A stretch of 64,000 bases of DNA, taken from assembly GCA_963789955.1 (NCBI GenBank), contig CAWBMV010000015.1, positions 128,001-192,000 of the forward strand. Direction: 5' to 3'. Numbering within the stretch: the first letter of the stretch is position 1; each line of letters opens with the position of its first letter. The notes beneath the pieces are model-generated. The model saw only the letters and a list, made by a program, of their open reading frames with translations. It made no database searches and was not told where the DNA came from. A program made the translations under genes and the position numbers. Shown here piece after piece: positions 29,818 to 39,630 of this stretch. The stretch comes from an uncultured Candidatus Rokubacteria bacterium. GTDB lineage: Bacteria > Methylomirabilota > Methylomirabilia > Rokubacteriales > CSP1-6.

Positions 29818-31678
29818 ATGGGCGGGCGTTCGATCGAGCGCAAACTCGCCGCGATCCTCAGCGCCGACGTGGAAGGCTACAGCCGCCTCATGGGCGACGA
29901 CGAGGTGGCGACCGTCCGCGCCATCACCGAATACCGCGGGGTGATCGCCTCCACGGTCGCCGGCCACAGCGGGCGCGTCGTGGACGCCCCGGGCGACAAC
30001 GTGCTGGCCGACTTCGCGAGCGTCGTCGACGCCGTTCAGTGCGCGGTCGACATCCAGCGCGAGCTGCAGTCGCGCAACGCCGAGCTGCCGCTTTCACGGC
30101 AGATGCGCTTTCGCATCGGCATCAACCTGGGCGACGTCATCGTCGAGGGCGAGCGGCTCTACGGCGACGGCGTCAACATCGCGGCCCGCCTCGAAAGCCT
30201 GGCCGAGGGCGGCGGCATCTGCCTCTCGGGCACGGCCTACGACCAGATCGAGGGCAAGCTTCCGTTCATCTGCGAGTTCGCCGGCGAGCACACCGTCAAG
30301 AACATCGCGAGGCCGGTTCGCGTCTATCGTCTCCGTCTCGATCCGAGCGCGTCGTCCGCGCCGTCACCTCGGAGCGGCGCGCGACGGGTCCGGGGCATCG
30401 CCGCCGCGGCCGTGATCCTGTTGCTCCTCGGCGCCGGCGGCTGGGCCGGCTGGCAGCTGGCTCAGGCCGCAGGAGTCCGCGGGGCTGCCGCTGCCCGACA
30501 AGCCGTCGGTGGCCGTGCTGCCCTTCGCGAACCTGAGCCAGGACCCGACGCAGGAATATTTCAGCGACGGCGTGACCGAGGACCTGATCACCGGGCTGTC
30601 GAAGGTCTCCGGGCTGTTCGTGATCGCGCGCAACTCGGTCTTCACCTACAAGGGCAAGCCGGTGAAGGTCCGCGAGGTCGGCCGAGACCTCGGCGTGCGC
30701 TACGTCCTGGAGGGCGGGGTGCAGCGCTCCGGCAGCCGCGTGCGCATCACGGCGCAGCTCGTCGACGCCGGCACCGGATACCATATCTGGGCCGAGCGCT
30801 ACGACCGCGAGGTGACCGACATCTTCGCCCTCCAGGACGAGGTCACGCAGCAGATCGTGCGGGCCATGGCCGTGAAGCTCACCGAGGTGGAGCGCGTGCG
30901 CATCGGCCGGCCGCCTACCGGCGTGATGGAGGCCTACGATCTCGTCCTTCGCGGGCACGAAGAGCGCAGTCGCACGACGCGCGAGGGCAACGCCGAAGCG
31001 CGGCGGCTCTTCGCGAAGGCCATCGACCTCGACCCGGGCTACGCGGCGGCCTATCTCGGGTTGAGCTGGACGTATCTCCAGAGCTGGCAGTTTCTGTGGA
31101 CCGCCGACCGCGAAAGCCTCGCGCGAGCGCGCGAGCTCGCCGAGAAAGCGAGCGCGTTGAACGACAATCTGCGCGGGCGCCTGTCACGTCTCTCGGACAG
31201 GTCTATCTGTGGATGAAGGAGCACGACCGGGCGCTCGCTCAGGCGCGAGCGCGGCATCGCGCTCGCGCCGAACGACGCGGACGGCTACGAGACACTGGCC
31301 GAGGTCCTCGGCTGGTCGGGCAAGGGGGAGGAGAGCCTCGCGACGATCCGCCGCGCCATGCGTCTGAACCCGCGCTATCGCTTCTTCTATCTGTGGACCC
31401 TCGGCCACGGCTACTACCTGACCGAGCGCAGACAGGAAGCGCTCGACGCGTTCGCCAAGCTCCTGCAAGCGAATCCCAACTTCGTTCCCGCGTACGCCTA
31501 CCGCGCCGTCCTGTTCAGCGAGCTGGGGCGGATCCAAGAAGCCCGTGAGGCGTGGGGCAAGGCGAGCGAGTTGAGCCCGGGCGCCTCGATGGCGAGCCTT
31601 CGCGAGCGGATTCCCTACAAGCGGCCGGCCGATCTCGACCGTCTTCTCAGCGCCGCGCACCGCGCCGGCATGCAGTAA
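29818..31678 (+). CDS. Class III adenylate/guanylate cyclase domain, TM, TolB-like and TPR protein; frameshifts near 30455 and 31170-31260
   Basis: RKLAAILSADVEGYSRLM, FRIGINLGDV, GDGVNIAARLE; SVAVLPFANLS, YFSDGVTEDLIT; TPR helices. Confidence 0.88.
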
Positions 31679-31711
31679 GTCCCGCGCGACTCCCGCGTAC
31701 GCGCGCAGCCC

Positions 31712-32902
31712 TCAGAAGATCGGCACGCGAGTGTTCGCGGACGTCCGATACGTCACGTCGGCGGCGAGCCGCTCGGGCTCCACGCCGGAACCGAGGAGCT
31801 CTCGTACCCCCGCCACGGCGATGGCCGTCGCGATCGCTTCGCCGGGGCATGCGTGCGGGCCGTTCCCGAACGTGAACACAAGGCGGGACGGCCGGAGCGG
31901 ATCGAATCGCGACGGCTCGGGATTCGCCATCGGATCTCGGTTGGCGGCCGCGAGGACCACCAGCACGACGTCGCCGGCCTTCATCGCGTGTCCGGCGACC
32001 GTCGCGTCGCGCGCGACGAAGCGACGCGTGTTCTGAACGGGCGGATCGTAGCGCACCACTTCACGAACGACCGCAGAGAGCTCGCCGAGATCCGCACGGC
32101 GCGCGCCGTGGGGCCGGTGTCGACCCAATGTCACCAGGGAGTTCCCGATCAACCCGGCGGTGGCTTCGTACGCCTGGGACAGAAAACCGATGCCGTTGGC
32201 GACGACGTCCTCGCGCTCGGCGCGGCCCGCGCTCGCGACTTCTCGATCCAGATCGCCGAGCAAGGTGAGCGGAGACGTGCGACCGCGCGCGTCCAGCAGC
32301 GCTCGGAAGGCCTCGAGCATCTGGGAGGCCGCGGCGGTCCCGCGCGCCAGTCGCTCGCTCGTCGCAGCGGGCGCGATGCTCTCGGCGAAGGCGCGCACCA
32401 GCGCGGCCGTGTGAGCCAGCTGGTCCGGCGCCACCCCGAGCAAGCCGGCGAGTACGTACGACGATAAGCTGAACGCGAACTCGTTCAGGCGCACGGCGTC
32501 GCGGGCCGGCTCCAGCTCCTTGACGAGGTGCTCGGCCCAGTGTCGGGCCTGTTCGCCGACGGATGCCTCGATGCGAGCCGTCGCCGCCGACACGGCCGGC
32601 TTCATCGCCGCGTGGCGCGCCCCGTCGTTCATGCGCACGAGGCGGCCGAAAATGGCGCCGGCGGGTGATCCCAGCAGGGCACCAGGCACCGGTTCGGCCG
32701 GCGGGCGGACCAGACACGCGGGATGGCCGAGGACGTCCGTCACCGCGGCGGCGCTGCATGCGACCCACAATCCGAGCGCCTCGTCCCGGTGGACGGGCCG
32801 GGTCGCGACGAGCTCCGCGTAGTACGGATACGGATCGCGGTGTGTCACCGCGGCGATCGGATCGCTCGGACGGTCGTGGGCGCGCGCCGCCGCCGTGCTC
32901 AT
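31712..32902 (-). CDS. Cytochrome P450
   Basis: EVVR (ExxR), AAANRDP, heme motif FGNGPHACPG; I-helix QAYEATAG; ATGA overlap with the upstream gene. Confidence 0.92.
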   Translation of the reverse strand: MSTAAARAHDRPSDPIAAVTHRDPYPYYAELVATRPVHRDEALGLWVACSAAAVTDVLGHPACLVRPPAEPVPGALLGSPAGAIFGRLVRMNDGARHAAMKPAVSAATARIEASVGEQARHWAEHLVKELEPARDAVRLNEFAFSLSSYVLAGLLGVAPDQLAHTAALVRAFAESIAPAATSERLARGTAAASQMLEAFRALLDARGRTSPLTLLGDLDREVASAGRAEREDVVANGIGFLSQAYEATAGLIGNSLVTLGRHRPHGARRADLGELSAVVREVVRYDPPVQNTRRFVARDATVAGHAMKAGDVVLVVLAAANRDPMANPEPSRFDPLRPSRLVFTFGNGPHACPGEAIATAIAVAGVRELLGSGVEPERLAADVTYRTSANTRVPIF

Positions 32903-33711
32903 CGCGCGAACAGATCGGCCCACGTCGCGACGCGGCGGCCATGCCACGTCGGCCCCTCGCGCACGAACTTCCATTCCGGGTTTTTGGCGACATCGCGTAG
33001 GGCATCGCACACCTGATGGAACGTCGGCACGTCGGCGTCGGCGCACTCGAAGTAGGTGACGAAGTCGTACGTGCCCTCGGGCGCCGGCTCGGTCGCGGCC
33101 TTGTAGGTTCGCCGAAGCAGGCACGAGATGCCGGCGGCCGAGGCGAGCGCGTGACCTTCGTTCTGCATGCGGCCGTTGTCGTCGTAGCGCGGCAGGAAGT
33201 AGGTATGGCGCTCCATCCAGTCCTTTGCCCACCAGCCGGCCGTCTTGCTCATCGGGATCAGAAAGCCGTTGGGCATGAGACGTCCGGGCTGCTGCACGAC
33301 CTGATGCGCGTAGGCGAAGTTGTTCATGGCCGCGCCGGTATACGTCCGTGGGCGCACGACGCCACCGATCACGCGCAGGCGGGCCATCGACCCGAGCAGG
33401 CGACTGGCCTCGGCGCAGAAGTCGCCGACCGGCTGCGCGGTCGGCGCCGCCACGTGCACGACCACGTCGGCCTGGCCGACGCCGTCGTCGGCGATGGCGC
33501 CGCTCGTCGCGCCGTTCCGGCGCAGGAACGCGATCGATTGCGCCGGCGGGCCCTGGGCGGGCTCGAATTCATTCACGAGCCCGAGCTTCTCGGCGAGCGC
33601 GGGGATCGCGACGGCCGCGACGGCGCGCGGATCGGCGCCGTCGGCGAGCCGCAGGCACACGTACGCGCCGTGGCGGAGGACTTCACGGGGGAGGACCGAG
33701 TTGTCGAGCAT
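32899..33711 (-). CDS. Chlorite dismutase-like heme protein (CDE superfamily)
   Basis: LIPMSKTAGWW...ER, GH, RRTY, YDFVTYFE, PEWKFVRE resemble the Cld C-terminal domain pattern; AGGAGG upstream. Confidence 0.65.
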   Translation of the reverse strand: MLDNSVLPREVLRHGAYVCLRLADGADPRAVAAVAIPALAEKLGLVNEFEPAQGPPAQSIAFLRRNGATSGAIADDGVGQADVVVHVAAPTAQPVGDFCAEASRLLGSMARLRVIGGVVRPRTYTGAAMNNFAYAHQVVQQPGRLMPNGFLIPMSKTAGWWAKDWMERHTYFLPRYDDNGRMQNEGHALASAAGISCLLRRTYKAATEPAPEGTYDFVTYFECADADVPTFHQVCDALRDVAKNPEWKFVREGPTWHGRRVATWADLFAR

Positions 33712-33772
33712 CGCGCACCTCCTGGACGGGTTCACCGTCCTTCGATGCGTCACCGTAGCCGCGCGGCCGGAC

Positions 33773-33787
33773 ATGTGTCCAATGCAT
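33773..33787. promoter_or_regulatory. Putative LysR box (ATG-N9-CAT, T-N11-A)
   Basis: ATGTGTCCAATGCAT in the 100-bp divergent intergenic region. Confidence 0.45.
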
Positions 33788-33810
33788 AGAACGGAGGAGG
33801 GTCATCAGCT

Positions 33811-34785
33811 ATGCTTATGGCCGTGGAGGTCGACCAGGTCGAGACGTTCGTGGCGATCGTTCGGGGCGGCGGCTTCACGAAGGCCGCGTCGCTCCTGCAT
33901 CTCTCGCAGCCGGCGGTGAGCCGCCGGCTCGACCTGCTCGAGCGTGAGCTCGGCGCTCCGCTGTTCGAGCGGATCCGGAGCGGCGTGACGCTCACCGAGG
34001 CCGGCCGCACGTTCCTGCCTCACGCCGAGGGGTTGCTGGCCTGCATGCGCGACGGCTTCGACTCCGTCCGGGCGCTGCATCAGGTCGATCGCGGCACGAT
34101 CACCCTGGCGCTCGTCGGCACCCTCGCGAGCACGACCCTGACCGGCTGCCTGCAGCGTTTCCGCGACGCACACCCGCGGGTCGAGCTGAGGCTGCGCACC
34201 GCGCTCAGCCAGGAGGTCAGCGTGCTGGTGCGGCGCGGCGACGCGACGCTCGGGCTGCGCTACGGCGGCGATCCGCATCCGGAGATGCGCTCCGTCGGCG
34301 TGTACGATGAGCCGATGATGGTCGTCTGCTCGCCGCGCCACCCGTTGGCACGACGACGCAAGGTCACGCCGTCGGCGCTCGGGCCGGAGCGGTGGGTCGC
34401 GTTTCCGCCGCGCAACGACGCGTTCTACGAGCCGTATCCCTGGTCGCTCCAGAACCGGCTGGCCGCGTGGGGGCTGAGCCCGGCCGAGATCATCCCGATC
34501 GATAGCCTCACGGCGCAGAAGCGCATGGTCGAGGCGGGGTTCGGCCTGGCGCTCTTGCCCGAGAGCAGCGTGGACGAGGAGCTGCGCGCGGGCACGTTGC
34601 GCGAGATGCGGATCGCGGGCAAGCGCGTCACGATCCCGGTCGTCTTGATCCACCGCCGTCGCGGATACCTGAGCGGTGCCGCGAAGGCTCTGATGAGCGA
34701 GCTGGCGGCGTGGCCGACGTCCGCGCGCCGCACGGACAGCCCGCCGGGCCGCCGCAGGCCCAGAGCCCGGCTCGGGAAAACTTGA
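33811..34785 (+). CDS. LysR family transcriptional regulator
   Basis: GFTKAASLLHLSQPAVSRRLDLLERELGAPLFER HTH; divergent from the Cld-like/P450 operon. Confidence 0.95.
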   Translation: MLMAVEVDQVETFVAIVRGGGFTKAASLLHLSQPAVSRRLDLLERELGAPLFERIRSGVTLTEAGRTFLPHAEGLLACMRDGFDSVRALHQVDRGTITLALVGTLASTTLTGCLQRFRDAHPRVELRLRTALSQEVSVLVRRGDATLGLRYGGDPHPEMRSVGVYDEPMMVVCSPRHPLARRRKVTPSALGPERWVAFPPRNDAFYEPYPWSLQNRLAAWGLSPAEIIPIDSLTAQKRMVEAGFGLALLPESSVDEELRAGTLREMRIAGKRVTIPVVLIHRRRGYLSGAAKALMSELAAWPTSARRTDSPPGRRRPRARLGKT

Positions 34786-34842
34786 GTCCACACATCGAAT
34801 TTTGCTTGTATGTGAGGTATATGCGAACCATCGAGAGCGCCA

Positions 34843-36876
34843 TTGGCAAAGCGTAGTCGTAAAGCGAGTCGTCTCGAGCCGAGCCCCACGCCCGAAGCGC
34901 CGAAGCCGGCGGTCGCGGCGGCCCCCAAGCAGGGGATCTCCGCCGTCGAGATGGGAGCTCGCCAGCGCGAGATCTCCGTCTCCGAGTTCTTCACCAAGAA
35001 CCGACATCTCCTGGGATTCGACAATCCGCGCAAAGCCCTGCTGACCTGCGTCAAGGAAGCCGTCGACAACGCGCTCGACGCCTGCGAAGAGGCCGGGATT
35101 CTCCCGGACATCGTCGTCAAGGTGGAGGCGGTCGGCAACGGAGGCCCGCCGCCCCCGGCGAGCCAGGCGAGCCGCTTCCGCATCACCGTCACCGACAACG
35201 GCCCGGGCATCGTCCGGCAGCAGATCCCGCCGATCTTCGCCAAGCTCCTCTACGGCTCGAAGTTCCATCGGCTCCGCATGAGCCGTGGCCAGCAGGGCAT
35301 CGGCATCTCGGCCGCCGGCATGTACGGTCAGCTCACGACCGGCAAGCCCGTCCAGATCATCTCGCGCACGAGCGCGAGATCGCCCGCGCACTTCTTCGAG
35401 GTCCAGATCGATACCAAGAAGAACGAGCCGCAGATTCTCGAGAAGAAGCAGATCGACTGGGAGTCGCCGCGCGGCACCCAGGTCACCCTGGAAGTCGAGG
35501 GCCGCTACCAGAAAGGCCGCGCGTCGGTCGACGAGTACGTCGAGCAGACGATCATCGCGAACCCGCACGTCAAGCTGACGTACTTCACGCCGGAGGGCGA
35601 GACCAAGGAGCTGCCCCGGACCTACGATCAGGTTCCCGAGTCGCCGCGCGAGATCAAGCCGCATCCCTACGGCATCGAGCTCGGGATGCTGCTCAAGATG
35701 CTGCAGGACACGAAGAGCCACTGGGTGTCAGGGTTCCTGGCCGGCGACTTCAGTCGGGTGTCGCCGCGTCTGGCCGAGGACATCTGCAAGACCGCGGGTG
35801 TCTCGCCGCGCGCGCGCCCGCGCGACGTTCACGGCCAGGCCGCGGAGAATCTCTATAAAGCGATCCAGTCCACGAAGATCATGGCGCCGCCGACCAATTG
35901 CCTCTCGCCCATCGGCGAGCGGGCGATCCTCTCGGGGCTCTATCAGCAGATCAAAGGTGATTTCTACACGGCGGTCAGCCGGCCGCCGGCGGTGTACCGC
36001 GGCAACCCCTTCGTGATCGAGGCCGGTCTGGCGTTCGGGCGCGGGCCCGAGCAGGCGCAGGAGGACCAGCAGAAGAAGGCGGTCCCGCTCGCGGAGGGTG
36101 AAGCGGATCAGGGTGACGACCGCGAGCTCGCGCGCGTCATCCGCTACGCGAACCGGGTGCCGCTCCTCTATCAGCAGTCGGCCTGCGCCATCTTCAAGTC
36201 GGTGCTCGACACGACGTGGCGCAACTACGGCGTGACCCAATCGCGGGGCGCGCTCCCGGCTGGGCCGATGGTGATTTTCGTCCACATGGCCTCGGTCTGG
36301 GTGCCGTTCACCAGCGAGTCCAAGGAAGCGATCGCCGAGTACGACGAGATCGGCAAGGAGATCACCCTGGCGCTCCGCGAGTGCGGCCGGCGGCTCGGCG
36401 CCTTTCTCCGGCGGCGCGAGCGGGCGCACAGCGAGCAGAGCCGGCGCAACATCTTCGAGCTCTATATCGAGGAAGTCGTCGAGTCGTGTAATCGCCTGAA
36501 GGGCGGCCGGCTGCCCGTCGCGAAGCTGAAGGAGCAGCTCCAGAAGATGGCCATGAAGCGAACCGGAGGCGAGAAGACCGACGAGGTCCTCGGCAAGAAC
36601 GGTCATGCCCCGGAAGGCCTCCCGCATTCGATCATCGTCACTGCGGACGGCGTCGAGGGCGAAGTGCCGACGGTGATCGCGCCACCTGTCACGGTCGCGC
36701 CCGCGAACGGAAATGGCCATCCGGCCGCGGAAGAGAAGACCGAGAAGCGTCGCCGCGGCACAAAGGCCCGACACGAGACCGTCGGGCGCACCGTGCACGA
36801 GAAGACCGGGCGCAAGCCCCAGAAGGCTCGCGCAGCCGCGCGACCGAAGGCGCGCACGGCGCGCAGGAAGGCGTAG
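34843..36876 (+). CDS. top6B: DNA topoisomerase VI subunit B
   Basis: EISVSEFFTKNRHLLGFDN, KEAVDNALDA, DNGPG, GSKFHRLRMSRGQQGIG, RYANRVPLLY, VPFTSESKEAIA; TTG start. Confidence 0.96.
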   Translation: MAKRSRKASRLEPSPTPEAPKPAVAAAPKQGISAVEMGARQREISVSEFFTKNRHLLGFDNPRKALLTCVKEAVDNALDACEEAGILPDIVVKVEAVGNGGPPPPASQASRFRITVTDNGPGIVRQQIPPIFAKLLYGSKFHRLRMSRGQQGIGISAAGMYGQLTTGKPVQIISRTSARSPAHFFEVQIDTKKNEPQILEKKQIDWESPRGTQVTLEVEGRYQKGRASVDEYVEQTIIANPHVKLTYFTPEGETKELPRTYDQVPESPREIKPHPYGIELGMLLKMLQDTKSHWVSGFLAGDFSRVSPRLAEDICKTAGVSPRARPRDVHGQAAENLYKAIQSTKIMAPPTNCLSPIGERAILSGLYQQIKGDFYTAVSRPPAVYRGNPFVIEAGLAFGRGPEQAQEDQQKKAVPLAEGEADQGDDRELARVIRYANRVPLLYQQSACAIFKSVLDTTWRNYGVTQSRGALPAGPMVIFVHMASVWVPFTSESKEAIAEYDEIGKEITLALRECGRRLGAFLRRRERAHSEQSRRNIFELYIEEVVESCNRLKGGRLPVAKLKEQLQKMAMKRTGGEKTDEVLGKNGHAPEGLPHSIIVTADGVEGEVPTVIAPPVTVAPANGNGHPAAEEKTEKRRRGTKARHETVGRTVHEKTGRKPQKARAAARPKARTARRKA

Positions 36877-36885
36877 GACACGGCG

Positions 36886-37989
36886 ATGGCCACGAAAGTC
36901 CGGAAGGTCAGCGGAGTCGAGAAGAAGCTCGTGGGGGTGGCCGACCTCGTCATCGACGCGGCGCAACGGCGCCGTGATCCCACCCTGGCGATCCCGGTCC
37001 GCTCGCTCTCCAACATCACCTTCGACGAGCGCAAGGGCCTGATCGAGCTGGGCAAGCGCAAGCAGGCGCGGTCGTTCTTCAACGTCGGCATGGCCAAGAA
37101 GTTCATGCAGACGGTGCTGGTGGCCGACGCCCTCTGCGAGCTGCAGCGGGCGAACCTCACGACCTCGCTCCGCGAGATCTACTACCGCACCAAGCACACC
37201 ATCAAGAACTCACACGAGAACACGCTCGACACGCAGGACGAGTCCGATCCGCTCATCGAAGATCTCGAGGTGACCCTGGCGGCGCTCCGCGAGGAGCTGC
37301 ACGTGCGCGCGGAGAACGCCGGGTCCATCGTCGGCCCCCTGGTGCTGGTCGACGACGGCGACCGGGTGGACTGCGCGAGGCTCGGGAAGGGCGGCTATTC
37401 CGTGCCGTCGATCGTCGAGCCCGAGTATCTGGAGATCCGGCAGTGCACGGCCGACTTCGTCCTGCTCGTCGAGAAGGGTACGCAGTGGAACCGGCTCTCG
37501 GAGGACAAGTTCTGGCGGACGCACAACTGCGTGCTGCTGACCGGCAACGGACAGCCCCCGCGCGGCGTGCGGCGGCTGGCGCGGCGGCTGCACGACGAGA
37601 AGAAGCTCCCCGTCTACGTCCTGGTGGACAACGACCCGTGGGGCTACTACATCTACTCGGTCATCAAGCAGGGCTCGATCAACCTGGCGTTCGAGAGCCA
37701 GCGCATGGCCATTCCGAAGGCGAAGTTCATCGGGCTCTCGAGCGCGGATCCCGAGGCGTACGAGCTGCCGCGCAACGTCGGCATCAAGCTCAACGACAAG
37801 GACACCGCCCGCGCCAAGGAGCTGCTCGGCTACACCTGGTTTCAGAAGAAGGGCTGGCAGACCGAGATCAAGCGGATGCTCTCGAGCGGGCTCAAGTACG
37901 AGCTGGACGCGCTCGCCAACAAGGACTTCCAGTTCCTCACCAAGAAGTACCTGCCGCGCAAGCTGAAAGAGAAGGATTGGTTGGACTAG
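36886..37989 (+). CDS. top6A: DNA topoisomerase VI subunit A (Spo11-like)
   Basis: SLREIYY catalytic Tyr motif, QDESD, LVEKG, GQP, DNDPWG Toprim DxD, KYELDAL. Confidence 0.96.
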   Translation: MATKVRKVSGVEKKLVGVADLVIDAAQRRRDPTLAIPVRSLSNITFDERKGLIELGKRKQARSFFNVGMAKKFMQTVLVADALCELQRANLTTSLREIYYRTKHTIKNSHENTLDTQDESDPLIEDLEVTLAALREELHVRAENAGSIVGPLVLVDDGDRVDCARLGKGGYSVPSIVEPEYLEIRQCTADFVLLVEKGTQWNRLSEDKFWRTHNCVLLTGNGQPPRGVRRLARRLHDEKKLPVYVLVDNDPWGYYIYSVIKQGSINLAFESQRMAIPKAKFIGLSSADPEAYELPRNVGIKLNDKDTARAKELLGYTWFQKKGWQTEIKRMLSSGLKYELDALANKDFQFLTKKYLPRKLKEKDWLD

Positions 37990-37998
37990 ACTGATGCC

Positions 37999-38781
37999 GT
38001 GCCGCTGGTCTCGTTCCACGACGTCCAGAAGACCTATCGCTCGCTGCAGGGCGAGGACTACCCCGCGCTAGAGCACTTCAGCCTCGACATCGAGGTCGGC
38101 GAGTTCTTCTGCCTGCTCGGCCCGAGCGGCTGCGGCAAGACGACGGTGCTGAAGATGCTCGCGGGCTTCGAGGGCCCGACCGCCGGCCGGATCCTGATGG
38201 AAGGCCGTCCGGTCACCGGCGCCAGCCGCGACCGCGGCGTCGTGTTTCAAGGCGACGACTCGCTCTACGGCTGGCTCACCGCCATCGAGAACGTCGAGTT
38301 CGGGCTGCGCATGCGCCACGTGGGGAAGACCGAGCGGCGCGAGCGCGCGATGCGCTACCTGGAGCTGGTCGGGCTCCGCGGCCAGGAGCGGAAGTATCCC
38401 GTCGAGCTCTCGGGCGGGATGAAGCAGCGCATCCAGATCGCGCGGGTGCTGGCGAACGAGCCGAAGATGCTCCTCATGGACGAGCCGTTCGCCGCGCTGG
38501 ACGCCCAGACCCGCGCGTTGATGCAGCTCGAGCTGGCCAACATCTGGCAGGCCACGCGCACGACGGTCCTCTTCATCACGCACGACATCGACGAGGCGGT
38601 CACCCTGGGCAAGCGCATCGGCGTGATGCGCGCCGGGCCGCGCTCGCAGGTCAAGGGCGTCGTCGAGGTGTCGCTGAACGGCGCGCGCAGCCGCACCGAC
38701 GACGCGTTCCTCGGCTACTACAAGCAGGTGTATGAGATGATCCGCGACGAAGTCGCCAAATCCCTCTCGCGTACGGACTGA
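37999..38781 (+). CDS. ABC transporter ATP-binding protein (nitrate/sulfonate/taurine type)
   Basis: GPSGCGKT, LSGGMKQR, LLMDEPFAALD, FITHDIDEA. Confidence 0.95.
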   Translation: MPLVSFHDVQKTYRSLQGEDYPALEHFSLDIEVGEFFCLLGPSGCGKTTVLKMLAGFEGPTAGRILMEGRPVTGASRDRGVVFQGDDSLYGWLTAIENVEFGLRMRHVGKTERRERAMRYLELVGLRGQERKYPVELSGGMKQRIQIARVLANEPKMLLMDEPFAALDAQTRALMQLELANIWQATRTTVLFITHDIDEAVTLGKRIGVMRAGPRSQVKGVVEVSLNGARSRTDDAFLGYYKQVYEMIRDEVAKSLSRTD

Positions 38782-38784
38782 TCC

Positions 38785-39554
38785 ATGCGCCTGGCGCGGC
38801 AGCTCTTGACGGTGTACGGAGCGTACGCGCTCGGATTCGCGAGCCTGTTCGTGATCTGGCAGCTGACGTCGATCTATCTGGTCGGCTCGGTGCTCTTCCC
38901 GCCGCCGACGGTCGTCTTGCGCAAGGGCCTCTGCTGGCGCGCAACGGCATCCTGTTCGAGCATCTGTGGGCGAGCCTCCAGCGGATCCTGGCCGGCTTCG
39001 TCGCCGGCTCGCTGCTGGGCATCCCGATCGGGCTGGCGATGGGCTCGTTCCGGCCGGTGCGCAAGCTGCTGGAGCCGTACACGGAGTTCTTGCGCTTCAT
39101 CCCGTCGGTCGCCATGATCACGGTGGCCGTGATCTGGTTCGGGATCGGCGAGGCGTCCAAGGTCTTCCTCATCATCTACACGACGATCTTCATCGTCATC
39201 CTGAACACGGCGGCCGGCGTCTCGGCGATCGCGCCCAACAAGATCCGCGCGGCCGAGTCGCTGGGCGCGACGCAGGCGCAGATCTTCCTCCACGTGGCGC
39301 TCCCGGCGACCGTGCCCTACATCCTGACCGGGATGCGCCTGGCGATGGCCAACTCGTTCACGACGATCGTCGCGGCGGAGCTGATCGCCGCCAACGACGG
39401 CCTGGGCAAGATGCTGTGGGACGGGCGGCTGTTCATGCTGGTCGACGAGATCTTCGTGTCGCTCGTCACCCTGGGATTTCTCGGTTTCGCCACCGATCGG
39501 CTGTTTCGCTGGAGCATCTATACCTTTGCGGGCAAATACTCGCCGGCGACCTAG
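38785..39554 (+). CDS. ABC transporter permease (SsuC/TauC type); frameshift near 38930
   Basis: HLWASLQRILAGF, FLRFIPSVA, RAAESLGAT EAA loop, TIVAAELIAA. Confidence 0.9.
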
Positions 39555-39630
39555 TGAGGCCCGCCGGCGTGGGCGCGGGACCCGGTCTCGCGCACGTGCA
39601 ACGTCACCTCGATCGAGAAGGGGAGCCGTC

